From positions 62,001-126,000 of the forward strand of contig JBLDXI010000032.1 in NCBI GenBank assembly GCA_047495785.1: a stretch of 64,000 nucleotides of DNA, given 5' to 3'. Position numbers and translations under genes: made by a program. Positions 34,706 to 46,984 of this stretch are shown piece after piece (positions within the stretch are counted from its first letter, which is position 1; each line of letters begins with the position of its first letter). This DNA is from Lepidodermella squamata (Eukaryota > Animalia > Gastrotricha). Below the pieces are notes generated by a model. The model did not search any database. It worked only from the letters and a program-made list of their open reading frames with translations, and was not told the DNA's origin.

Positions 34706-37187
34706 ATGATTACTGTATATTGGCCAATTCTTGCGCTTTTCTTTGTTAGCCCATCATCCCAACAAGGTAAAACTATGAAAAATCTTGAAAATTGAATTAA
34801 GAAAAAATTTCGTATGCAAATTAAAGTTTCCGATTTGAAATTAATTAAAATCAAGTTATTTCATTGTTTATTAATTCTGAAAAAATCTCAAGATATAATC
34901 TGAATTTTCGATTCTCAACAGATAACACGGATTCAAGCTGGGTGGTTGTGACAAGCGAAAATGATCTTCTTAACCCAGCCAGCGAAATTGTACCCCTAAC
35001 AGAAGATTCCCGACCCAAGAACTTGATCGGCCCACAGCCGTTCTACCTGGTCGGATTCTGGCCGCTAGATTCGACAAATGGCCTGACTAATTTCCTCACC
35101 GGACCAAAGTACAACGGCTTCGGAATCGATCACACCCAGCCGAGCTCGGTGGCGAATATGAAACTTGCCGCTGAATATAAAGACCCTTTCGGCCGATTCA
35201 ATTCATCCTACACGGCTTCTAGTCATTACGGCCATATCGACTACGTTCTAGCTGTGACAAATTCTGAGCTAGAACCGCTGCAAAATTTCCCCGTGGCGAT
35301 CAACGATTTCACATTTTCGCTTTATTTCAATAGAAATGACAACGAGGGAGATATTTTCAGCCTGGTTATTGGAGATCGAATCATTTTCCAAGTAACTTAC
35401 TCTGGCTGGGAAATTCGAATTTGGACTTATCCAAGGTATGATTTTTCCCCAGTGAACTTTTTAAATTGCCATACATTATTTTTCGAATTTTAATATTTTA
35501 AACTTTCAAAATTTTAATATTTCAAATTTTAATTTTTAATTAATTAATTATTATTTATAGGGAATTAATTTTATTTTCAGAGAAATTGCACGAATTTAAT
35601 TTTTATTTTTATTTTAGGGTGACTCATAAAGCAGTTGCATCACATCCGGCCAATAATGTCACCCTGGTAAGTGACACCCTACCCGGTGAATGGTCCTTCC
35701 TCGCCTTTAACTACCAGCACAACGAGAGTCTGCTCAGCATTCACCGCTCAACTGGCGATTTAATGGCCGAATTTCACCACTTCACAATTTTCGAACACAA
35801 CAGCGGTAAAATAATTGCAGCTGGTCGCCCGCTGCCTAAATTAGCCCTACGCATCGGCCAATTGAGCCCGTTGGATAGGATAGCGTGTTTGACGTTCTAC
35901 CGAAAGGCGCTCACCACCTTGGAGGTTTCTCAGCTGCCCTGTCTATGCAAAACTAAGGGTAATAGCCTGAGGGCGAAATGCGACCATGGTCACGTGATGC
36001 CGTATTCGCAGCTGCCTAAAAGGCGCCAGCTCGAATTATTCGTCCCAATGGATCGGCAAAGTGGGCTTTGGGATGTCACAAATTCTGTTAAGCCGTCGAA
36101 AATCAGCCGAGCGACACGGGTTTTCTTCGGCTTGGGACCCTTCAATCGACCTGGAACGTCATTCGGAGTTGTCGGAAAAAATGTGAAGATTTCAATTTTA
36201 TTCCGAATTTTTCAAATTTTTTACACATTTTTCAAATCTTTAATTTTTTTAATTTTTTTCCAATTTTTATACAAATTTATCGATTTTTCCAGTTTCAAAT
36301 TTTTAATCCCAAACTTTATATCCCGTTTTATTTAGAATGAACCCATGGCCGAGTATTTGATAGCGAATTTCAGCCGAACTTTTACACTAAGTTTCCTATT
36401 CTCAACACCACTCATCGATCCTTACCTACAACAGTATGGTGAATTTCTTTCCCTGACGCAATATCAAACCTCGAGAAATCCTCGCAATGGGAAACTCATG
36501 GTCCTACCCGAGGAGTCACCCTACCTAACAATCAGCTATAAACCATTGAATAAAATCCTCATTTCAACCCATGGCCAGCCAATCGCGCAATTCACAGCGC
36601 GACCGTTAAATTATAGGATGGATGGGAAAATGTGGCATTTTTTCGCGCTGAGCTATAGCGCGAAAGAAATGCACCTAACCGGCTTTGATCAACACGGCGA
36701 TGAGCTGGCAACTTTCATCTGGGTCCAGCTTAATAGAACCCTGTCATCGTTACCGTCTGAAAATGGCGAATCTGGAGATTACGTCAAATTATCGATAGGG
36801 AATTTACTCCGCGGCCAAGACCATGCGATGAGTTGTTTATTAATTTGGCGAAAAACTGTCCTAGCTCAGGATAGTTTGGCCCGCATCGCTGATACCTGTA
36901 AATTGCAGCTGAACTCTGATAATAAAAAGCTGCATAACCAACAGCACGAGTTGGCCCTAGGACGGCACCACGCGGCTGCGGCGAAAACAGCGCCAGTTCG
37001 GCCGCCGATGAATAAGCCAGGGTCGAATAGCGTCTATGTGCAGTTTCAGCACGATGATTGGTTGTCGCATTCTAGCAGCGACATACCGTCTTTCTACGCG
37101 AAAACTGCAACAACGCGGCTAGTTATTGTCTATTATTTAGGTTTCATTTTTATCATCGTCATCCTACATCTTTATTTCGCGTTCTGA
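34706..37187 (+). CDS. Membrane-anchored protein with two LamG/ConA-like domains
   Basis: Signal exon MITVYWPILALFFVSPSSQQ (34706-34766); LVGFWPLD...DPFG and LFVPMD...GPFNRPG domains; WSFLAF/WHFFAL strands; hydrophobic C-terminus (TM or GPI signal). Confidence 0.75.
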
Positions 37188-37541
37188 TTTTCAATTATCA
37201 GTAAAATAATTTTGGTAATTTCACCTATACCCAATCAATCGATTTTATGTTGCGTGCCTATTTCTCTAAAATCATAACGGAAATTCGCGAAATCGAATGA
37301 TTTTCCTTACAGTCAAAAAGAGTTGACAGTTTTCATCCTCGAATAACGGCCAAATAGCAACTGGTGATCAGCTCCAGGCTTTCTCATAAGCATTTGGAAA
37401 TTCAGTTCTATGTCGCAAATAGAGAGGAATATATGGGTGATACGTATCACAGTTTTTCGACTGCAAAACACGACATTATTACGGCGAAATGACAAGTCAC
37501 AATGAAAAACCTTTACTTTATTTTGCGAAATAGACGCAAAG

Positions 37542-37596
37542 TTACAAAATCGCACCGGCTGCTATGAGAATGTCTACAGTTTTTTGTTTGTCTTCA
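37542..37596 (-). other. Orphaned original 3' end of the kinase-ankyrin gene
   Basis: Removing the EnSpm and one CA copy gives ...DVSD-EDKQKTVDILIAAGAIL* in frame. Confidence 0.9.
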
Positions 37597-37890
37597 CCCA
37601 GTCAAAAGCCGCTAGGCCTGTGGTAGGCCTAGAGGGTAATTTCCCGCTTTAGGCCTATGGTAGGCCTACGTTTGTCCCTTTTTTTAGGCCTAGGCTAGGC
37701 TAGGCCAGGCCTGTAGTAGGCCTAGGCTATTATAAGCTAGGCCTGTACTAGGCCCAGGAATTAAAAAGTCGCCAGAATTGCTGCCGTTCGTCTGTTTTTA
37801 TTTGTACTATTGGTAATTTCTCATATTGTAAGCGTCGTGAAAATCACTAAGACGAACAAGATAGTATATATATGTATATGCACTAGTAAG

Positions 37891-38070
37891 TAAGTAGGTA
37901 AGAGCATCATCATAAAAATTACTGAGTAGGAAGTTAACAAATGTCACCGAGACGAACAACATAGTATCTATGCACCGAGATAAGTAGGTAAGAGCATCAT
38001 CATAAAAATCACTGAGTTGGAAGTTAACAAACGTCACCGAGACGAACAACATATACAGTATATATGCACC
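37891..38070. repeat. 90-bp tandem duplication inside the EnSpm
   Basis: TAAGTAGGTAAGAGCATCATCATAAAAAT...GACGAACAACATA starts at both 37891 and 37981. Confidence 0.85.
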
Positions 38071-38127
38071 GAGATAGTCAAGATCGCCAAGATAGAGTAT
38101 ATATTTGCACAAGTTTTTAGATAATCT

Positions 38128-40020
38128 TCAATTCCATGGTTCTTCGGCTACATCACTGCCACTAACGACGCTGTGCAAACTTGCATCATCGGCACCGAAG
38201 ATGTCGTTTGCGGCATCGTTCTCCTGACCTTCGTCATCGGAGGCCAATGTGAATCTCTTCTTCTTCTTCTCCCGCGTGAAGACAACGTCATCGTCATCAT
38301 TGAGCGTCGGCGTAGTCTTCAGCATTGTCGGCACTTTCTTCGGTCTCAATTCATCTCCGTCCTCCTTGGGACGCATTTTTCGCATCATATCCGCAACGGC
38401 TTTTCGCAGAGGAGCGCTGTCTTCAAGTCCCAAATCTGCCATGACTTGTCCTGCAAAACAAAATATAAGCATATAAGCACATTTTATTAAAATTTATAAA
38501 ATTATTTTGTTTTATATTTTATAAAACTTATGCACCTATTCATCTACGTGTTTAAATGATGAATGATGAAGTAAGAAATATAAACTTTGCTCACCAAAGA
38601 TAGAATTTTGCAGTTTTTTATCCAGCAACCATTCCGGTCTCGTCGCCGTACCGCCGTCGCGAGACCCGGGCTCGCGCCCACTCAGAGTTGTACTAGCCAG
38701 TTCGTCTGGCGTACATAAAAGGCGAAAAAGACCGCAAGCATAGACGGTGCCATTCTTTGTGGACCGGCATTCAGAAACTAGATGATCCAGTTTTTCTTTG
38801 GAGACTATGCGTCCGAAGAGAACCATCTTAAAAATATTAAAAGGAACCAAATGAAAGAAAATCTCAAATAATTATTTATTACTTCGTCATCGAGGCACAG
38901 TCGGCGATTAAGCAAGTTCAGCAGCTTTGACGTGAAGGCCTTGAGGCAATTTGGCCATGTAGCTTCCGTCAACATTTCCATTAGTTCCAAATAACTGTGA
39001 AGAACGTAAGATAAATAGGGAAAGACATGTTAAAAATTTGCCACAAGGTAACTAACTCTTTCTTGCAGTCTGAGGCATTCATAGGCGATCTGCATTAAAA
39101 AATGAACAATCTTCAGCTTAAATTGAATCTTAGATTATTCAACTCACTGATCATCAGTTAATGAGCGACTAGGAATAGGAAGGCTGTAGTTTGGAAACGG
39201 CCAATTAAGGTTACATGAAAAAACGCAGCAGCACGTGACCAACCTTTCACTCGGCTTGACTGAGTCTTTGGCAGATCTTAAAGAAAAAAATAAAATAAAT
39301 AAAATAAAATGCAGGTTACAATGCATACATACTGATTAATAACTTGGGCGTTTTTTGGCGTAACAGTAGTTCTGTAAAACAAAAAGCATGCAAACAAATT
39401 CAAGCTAAGAAGATTAGTTCTTTACCGCGGAGTGTTGGAAGGCCCGGCTACCTGCTGAATCGGAGTTGAGCCAGGTCTGTTGGCATAAAAATAAATAGAC
39501 GTTCAGTGTTTTTAGCATGCAGAGCTAACTGAACAGCTGGAGCAGAAGCGGCAGACTTCTTGGAACTGAAAGAATGAAAAAGTTCAAGACACGTCTGGCT
39601 GATATTAATTGGATTATTACTTTGTCACGTTCAATAGCGGAGTCGTTTCAACCTTCATCATCCTGGGAGGCGGTGTTTTGAGCGTATCCGTTTTCTTCTG
39701 TGACTCAGGTTTCACAGCCGCCTGATAGCGCTTCATAGCCGCCGTTCCTTCAACCATTGATTTTGCTGATTGAAATTGAAATTGAAATTGAAATTAGAAC
39801 AAAGAATGAAGTGGTGGAATCTAAAATGTGCCTAACTTTGTTCCAGAGCAAGGCTGAAATAGAGCTTTCCTTGATATTCGACCCAGTAGTTTGTGTCTTT
39901 GCTGATAACTCCAGCTAAAGTTTTGCCATTCTTCGTTTTAAAATCGCATCTGTTAACAACGCCAAATGTGCCGGATTCCACGAATTTGACTACATATAAA
40001 AACTTTGGTTTTTCAGCCAT
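38128..40020 (-). CDS. EnSpm accessory protein with BEN-like domain, multi-exon, divergent from the transposase
   Basis: Exon 38536-38850: GTVYACGLFRLLCTPDELASTTLSG...RPEWLLDKKLQNSI, then ...LRKAVADMMR. This fits the BEN consensus. First exon MAEKPKFLYVVKFVESG; internal small exons not fully resolved. Confidence 0.6.
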
Positions 40021-40612
40021 GTCTTCGAGGTTCTAAAAAAAGTAGAATTGTCCAATAAATAAATAGGCAAATAATGAAAAGAATGGGGCGACTTCAAGCA
40101 GAGATGTTACATGATCCGCCAGCAGCTGACACGAAGAACGAAGAGTAACGCTATTTCAAAAATTCAAATTCAAAGTCAAGTCAAAGGAAATCGCGGCTGC
40201 GAGAGGATCGCGTGCAAAATTCAAATTTGTTTATGACATTAATTTTATTTTACACTAATAATTTAAAATAAAACCACTGTTTATTGAAAATTGATAAATT
40301 ATTAAAAGGAAATTTTCGCGCGTAAAATGTTTGCACGCCGCGCGTCGTTGGCTTCTGCTTTGACTTGGACTTAACAGCTGTTCGAGGTTTCTGTCAAAGT
40401 GATCGCGTCTTCATTGTTCCTGTTGCCTTTTTTTAGCTTGGTTAAGCTTATTTAACTATTATGTATTATGACTTGTAACTGTCATTTCCTGGCCAAAAAC
40501 TCTATGAAATGTTCCATTTTCGTAAAATTTAAGGTGGAATTTTTAATTGAAACCTGCGTTTTGCGTTTTTTTAGATTTCCTGTTAACCTGTTTTTAATTT
40601 ACACCCGTATTC

Positions 40613-43315
40613 ATGTCCAAAACGTCTGAACGCATAATGAAAGGAGATGAATTCGATGTTAAAACTAAGCGTCGCAGGCAGGCAAAGTCAGGGAAAAAGG
40701 AAGACAAGGCAGAGTTAGCTGTGAAGGACGCCGCGTCACTCCCATCGACATCAACCGCGCCCATTTCCTTGCTTGCAGCGCCTAGCAGTTTACTAACGGA
40801 TTCTCATTTCGGCGGTGTTGATCCCAGTCTGTTACCTGAACCGCATGATCTTGATGAGTAAGCTTTCAAAATCCATTTTTTACAGTAAATTTGTATTGTC
40901 AGTGTAGGCCTGATGACGAGTTCGTTGACTGCCCTACGAGTGCCCCTGGTGATGATGATCCTCCTGATTACACTTTTATGAATTACGTTGACGAGTGGGT
41001 TTTTTTAATTATTTTTAGTATAAAGCAAAACTTGAGATCTTTGTATTTTTCAAGGGAAGATGGTGATGCTCCTGAGATGCCAGTTGAGGAACCCGAAGAA
41101 GGAGATGAAAACGTTGGAAGCGGTGAACCGGAGTGGCTGAAGAACCTCAACAACACTCCGTTCTACAATGGGTGTCAAACGTCCGCTGGCGCCGTGTTTC
41201 TAATGGTACTGGCATTCTGGGTGAGGTACAATTTGCCATGGAAAGCTTTCGTCGACCTGCTCTCGATATTCGACTCAATCGCCCCTGTTCGCTATTTCGC
41301 GCTTGTGTTGGGATCGATTCCGACTCTGCAAAAGCGGCTGTTTGGCAACACTTCGGAGTCAAGTTTCGTCAAGTTCGCGACCTGCAAGTGTCAAACTGAC
41401 AGTGGAACCTGGGATGCTGCACAGGTTCCTTGGTTTGAAAAATGTGAAACTTGCAAAAAAGGCGGCATTGGCGTTTACTTGTACTTGGAAAACTTCGTCC
41501 GAAGAGTCGCTGAGCTCAAGAACATCACGACCGACACAACGCTGAAGGTGAAATGGTTTTTCGACGGATTCACGCCGTATGGCCGGAACACTTGGCTTTT
41601 GATATGCCGATTTCCTGGTGTTTCCATCAAGTTTCTCGCAATGGCTTGGGTTGGTCTGACTCATCCGCCTTCATGGGTTTTACGACCATTCGTCCATGAA
41701 ATGCAGCGACTGTTTCACACCGGGGTTCGATTGGCAAACGGCGCGGTCGTCAAAGTTGCTCATGGTGTTGGCATTCTGGACAGCCCGGCGCGAGCATTGG
41801 TGCTTGAGCAGAAAGGTCATGGCGGCTATTGTGCCTGTCCTTTCTGTCTAATTTATGGTCAGCGTGATAGTACGAATTCGAAAACCGTATATCCTAATGG
41901 TAAATATCTACCGCGAACGAACGAAAATTGGCGACAATCCGCCCAGAACGCTACCGTTACGGGCCAGATTGATGATGGTATAAAGACATGGGCTTGCATT
42001 TTGGACATTCCAAATATGGATCCTTCGAAAGATGCTCCTGTCGAACCGATGCATAATATCTACCTTGGTATTGTGAGGTACATGCTGCTGTCATTCTGGC
42101 TAAATTCAGCTTCCGAATTTTACATAACCAACTGGCGCGAGATGGACCTTCATGTCGACTTCGAGTACTCTAAGGGCCCGGCTTCATTCTTTCCGCACAT
42201 CAAGAATGGAAACGAATGCAATGTTGGTAATTGGAATGCGCAGCATTTAATGACGTTTCTGCTCTGTCACGGTGTTTTAATTTTGAACACCTTCCTTCAA
42301 ACTCGACCGCGCGAAGCTCAACTGTTTCAGAAGCTCAGCAATATAGCCTGGCTTTGCCTACATTCGAAGCCGAACACCGCCGTCATTACGCGAGAAAGCA
42401 AAAAATGGGTCATCGACTACGAGAAAATTTTCGGGGTCGATGCAATGACCTACAACGTGCACATTTTCTCGCATATTGGCGAGTGCATCGAACGTCACGG
42501 CCCTCCATGCGAATTTTCCGCCTTTACATACGAAAGTTTCATCGGGGTGACAAACCGGTAATGAAGTATTATTGTTATTGAAATTAAAAGTCGTTTGATT
42601 AATGCAAAAAAGTTTCATTTCTCATAAAAAATATAAGAAATTAGAATTTAGAATTCTAGCTTAGAAATTCTCATAAATAAGCATGTAAAATTTAATTTTC
42701 CTTTTCAGATCCCTTCAAAGTGCTTCTAACCTGGCAGTTCAAATAGCGAACCGAGCGATGGCAGTTAATTTTTTACATTGCGTTGCCAAAGGTCAACATC
42801 ACCTGCAACTGTTACAGCACCTGCTAAGATCTGACCCCAGTTCAAAGTCAACTTCTTACTCGTTCGCCAATGGCTCGAATAGTGGCGTGTTGTTTGGTCG
42901 GGCTAAGTCGAGGCCGGTGCCTATCAACCCAGGCGAATTCGACGACGTATTTCCAAGTGATGGCAGTCATACTACCTGGTCAAAATTCAGCAAAAGAATT
43001 AATGATGACCTGAGCGCCATTTACTTTGCTGATACTGTTGTCTTCATCCCGACGCTGCAAGACCAGTTTTTCAAGATCAACTATTTCTGCCTCGGAGATG
43101 ATGGATCGTCCGTCTACGCCTCACTTACTGAGATCAAGACTAAAGTCGCTTTCGGCCAGCACATCCGCAAAGTACTCGAGCCGAAGCGACATCCTGGCGA
43201 ATCGTTTTTGAACGTGTTCTCCGTTGAAGTTTTCAGGTGCTACGAATTCGGCTCGAATGCCGACAAATTCGTAGTAAACATTCCGAATTTAGTCGACCTT
43301 CGTGATATTAATTAA
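40613..43315 (+). CDS. EnSpm/CACTA transposase (Tnp2-like), spliced
   Basis: FFDGF, ILDSPARA, KGHGGYCACPFC, PVEPMHNIYLG, TYNVHIFSH...HGP and SAFTYESF. Intron 42558-42708 joins in frame to the 3' exon (RSLQSASNLAVQIANR). Confidence 0.93.
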
Positions 43316-44399
43316 GTGTAAGTTGTAATTACTACTTCTTTGCTAAGTCGAAAGTACTACTTTTTTAAGTTTGGAAATGTTACAGTAGTCCTTTCATTTT
43401 AGATTTTTCCTCGCCGACCTTGTCACGAGCCTCGCCACGCTATCCTCTTCATTCTTCACTATGCTGCTCAATACATACTCCTTTTGGTGCTCAATTCATA
43501 CCAGCTTCCAAGTCGGACTCATCTAAATTTCACTAATCAACATGACATCAATTAGGTAAGCTGAAAAATATTTCATTATTTTTCTTAACTTCCTAAAAAT
43601 AAATGCCCCCAAATCCTATTTGGGTTCATTTCACCCTTTATAAATTTTTAATTGGCTTTCTGACATGCTGGAATCCTACTCTACCCTGGTATAAGCTTGG
43701 CTAAATACAATTAGAGTTTTTACTAGAGTATGATTCGATTTTTTACATATTATAAAGTCCGCTGGGACATCAAGTTTCAGTTGTAGCCTCAGTTGTGATT
43801 TTCCGCATTTTTCCGAGTCCAAACGGTTTCAGAATTTACGGAAAAATTTCGCCGTGAATATATCAGATTACTCAATGGCCCACGTTATTTGGCGCTGAAA
43901 AATAGTTTTGGGCATCATGGAAAATTTACTGAATCCGTAATTACTCCATCTCGCTTAACGAATTCTGAGTCTTCTGTTGACTTGAGCCCCTCAATTAGCT
44001 TGATGAGAGCTCGGTAAAATCCTCCGTTAGCTATATAAGACAGCTCGGCTAAAGGCTTTCTTTTAATCCGAATTTAATTTAATGATGGCTCTCAGCCGAC
44101 TATAAGGAAAGGTCTGCGATGAATAAAAATCGGTAGACCGAGGATGAAATTTTGATCATCTAAAAGCTGAAATAGAGCATATTAGATATTAGATGGATGA
44201 TTGGAATATATTTAGACAGAACTTCAAGAACTTCATCTATTTGGGCCCAGCACGCTAATTGTTGGCGTAGTTTTTTCGTTTCAACAGCACATATCGATTT
44301 TTTGAGCGATTGGCCCTACTTCGACTGCCGAGTTATCAAGGCCTTTTCTACGAGCTAAATCGACCTGTTTCGTTACACAGTTTTTCCTCAATTTTGCCA

Positions 44400-44930
44400 A
44401 CTTGAGTCTGTATTCATGAAGATATTTGACGACTTCCAAATCGCCTTACTTAGCAGCGATATAAAGGGCTCTGCCAAGAAAGACATTTACTGCAAAAACC
44501 GATATCGGCCTGTCTGACTTCTAGTAAGACACTAAGAGTCGATCTAGGTGAATTTCTGAGGCAAACAGCGTTCGGGATTGATTCATTCTGCTCACCATCG
44601 TTCGCGACCATAAGTGTTATAGCGGCAGGGTGCCAAGTAGGAATACAGTCTAAAAATGCGATCAATGAACAATCGGTTGAGCTTGTAGCAGTAGGGAATT
44701 TTGAAACGTCGAAAGCTAGCTTTGAGATATTTTTGGCTGCTAAATGATAGGCCGGAAGGGAGTAATCGAGCTTAGGAAGCATTAACCGGAAGATGTTTGC
44801 TTCTAATTATAAGATTAAAAAGCAAGTTGACTTCAAGTTGAAAGGAAGCCGCAAACCGAGAAAGGGAAAGCTGATACACTGGGACAATTTCTGGAAAGAG
44901 GAACCAAAATTCAGGATCGCGGTTTCGCCA
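44400..44930 (-). pseudogene. Decayed passenger fragments: LINE RT C-terminal-like piece and an ankyrin-like piece
   Basis: ETAILNFG...FPFLGLRL...MLPKLDYSLP (RT thumb-like); ALYIAAK*GDLEVVKYLHE at ~44415-44470. Confidence 0.4.
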
Positions 44931-45269
44931 AATCAATGAATATATTCATGGGTCATAATATTAGTTAGGGAAAATATACTATGAGGAAAAATTTGTTTAA
45001 AATCTGTGATGAATATTCACTTATCATGTTCCCGACAAAATTAATAATTCGCTTGTTTTAATTTTAGACAGTATCGAGAAGAGTTTCGCTGGAAAATAGA
45101 CTGGCTCGATTTTCGACAACAAATATCCGATATTAGCCTGAATAGTAATTTTTTCGACGAACAAGTTTGATTATTTATTGTTTACTTTTTTCCCAGAATT
45201 ACGTGGCGGACTGAACACGGCGGCAGCTAGTTTTTGAATTTTTTGAATTTTTTTAGAAATTTTAGCGAA

Positions 45270-45875
45270 ATGTCATCAGAGAACAGCTTATCCGGTGAGC
45301 CAGAGGTGAGCGGTATTATATTTTTTGATGGAACTGCTCGACAATATCTTGTTTCTCCCAATCAGGCCAAGCGTCAACGAAAACTGCCGCGAACTCTAAC
45401 CGAGCCGCCTCGTCCCGTAACCCCGCCGATGCCGATCTGCGATCACGGGCAAGCTGTCGTGGAGCGAATTCGAGCCGATGTCGATGAGATTGTTTATGAC
45501 GTAAGGCAAATCCTCATTCATTTTTTTTCATTAATAATCGTGCCGCTTTTACAGGCTGAGGACCAAATCGCGGCGACTATTGAACACCACCTAGAAGATG
45601 CCCGGCTAACAATCGACGAAGCCACGGAAAATTGCGTCGATTTGCTGCTGGATTCGCAGCATTGGCCAACACTCCGCGACGCTGTCATCGCCGAAGTGAA
45701 GGGTGACCTCATCTCAGCCGTGGCTTCGGAGCTCAAGGACGAAATATCACATCAGCTCAGGGTTTCGATTATACCCAGCCTTCGAGAAGACCTATACGAA
45801 GAGCTAAAGAGCCGAATGCGTGGCTGGCTGCAACAGCTTATCGATGGCCACCAAACGCGCCGCTACATGCATTAG
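45270..45875 (+). CDS. Third EnSpm-borne gene: acidic helical protein with predicted NLS
   Basis: In-frame GT-AG introns 45306-45365 and 45501-45554. Splicing yields MSSENSLSGEPE/AKRQRKLP... Confidence 0.65.
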   Translation: MSSENSLSGEPEVSGIIFFDGTARQYLVSPNQAKRQRKLPRTLTEPPRPVTPPMPICDHGQAVVERIRADVDEIVYDVRQILIHFFSLIIVPLLQAEDQIAATIEHHLEDARLTIDEATENCVDLLLDSQHWPTLRDAVIAEVKGDLISAVASELKDEISHQLRVSIIPSLREDLYEELKSRMRGWLQQLIDGHQTRRYMH

Positions 45876-46984
45876 CCGTTGTTGCTGAAGGATTTCAATT
45901 ATGTTTGTATCAAATTTCGATTTGAGGATCAGTATTTGATTGTATTTCTCGCCAATATTCTGAAACGTGAGTGAACTGCTTTGTTGTCGGAGATTGAGAC
46001 TGAGAAGCTGAATCAAACTAGAGATTTTTCGCTGAAAAATTTCCTTATTCGTGAGAATCTCCTTTTCAATATATTTGTCCTGAGATTTTCAGCGTAATAT
46101 TTCTGAGTGAAATTATAGTTCAATTTGGAAAAAGTCGAATTCACATGTAATACGTGTTGTTGGTATATATTTAATTCGTCTCAAAACGCTCATCATCGCT
46201 TCTCGATTTGTTATATAATACTTTGCTACACCATAAACATTGCTCAATATTAACTCGAATGAAAGGATGGTAATTTGTTCCGACTTTTCACGCTAAAAAA
46301 TGTCAAGGCATCGTTTTTGTTTCATTTTTGTAACCTCTCTTATTGAAATATTGGTATTATACCATATTATTGCCATGAAACGTATATGTGCCTTTTCATC
46401 GGAATGGAAAATTGTTTTAACCAAAATATATCACCGACTATCTCTGTTTGTAATTTCAAACATGGTTTTTACGTCAACGTTCTCGCCATTATATTATAAA
46501 GTCATTATAATAAAGTGCCACATTGCTGATCAAACTAACGCCTGTTGTTTTCTAAAGTTAAATCGAATAATTCTATTGGAAAATCATAACTTTTTATTCA
46601 TGTAAGCGGCTAAACTTTTCCATCACTGCTATTTTCCAGGTTTAGACGCCTGCTTCAGAGTACCTTTGCGGTCCTGGGTTCTGTCTTACGATGACTATTC
46701 GATGTGTTCGATTAACAGCAGTATTCTACAAGTGACAACGATTATGCAATGACCGACCATCTTGCTTGGCGAATCGTCTGGAACCTGTTGCGAAATAATA
46801 GGTAGGAAAATGTCTTTGTTATCTTAGATAGCCATTTATTTGATGACAGTTTGCCACCTTAATTCACAGGCCTAGCTTAGGCCCAGAAGTTTAGCTAGGC
46901 CTATTCTAGGCCTACTTATATTACATAGGCCTGTGCTAGGCCTAGACCGGGTCTAGGCTCGGTTCAATTAGGCCTATGCTAGGC

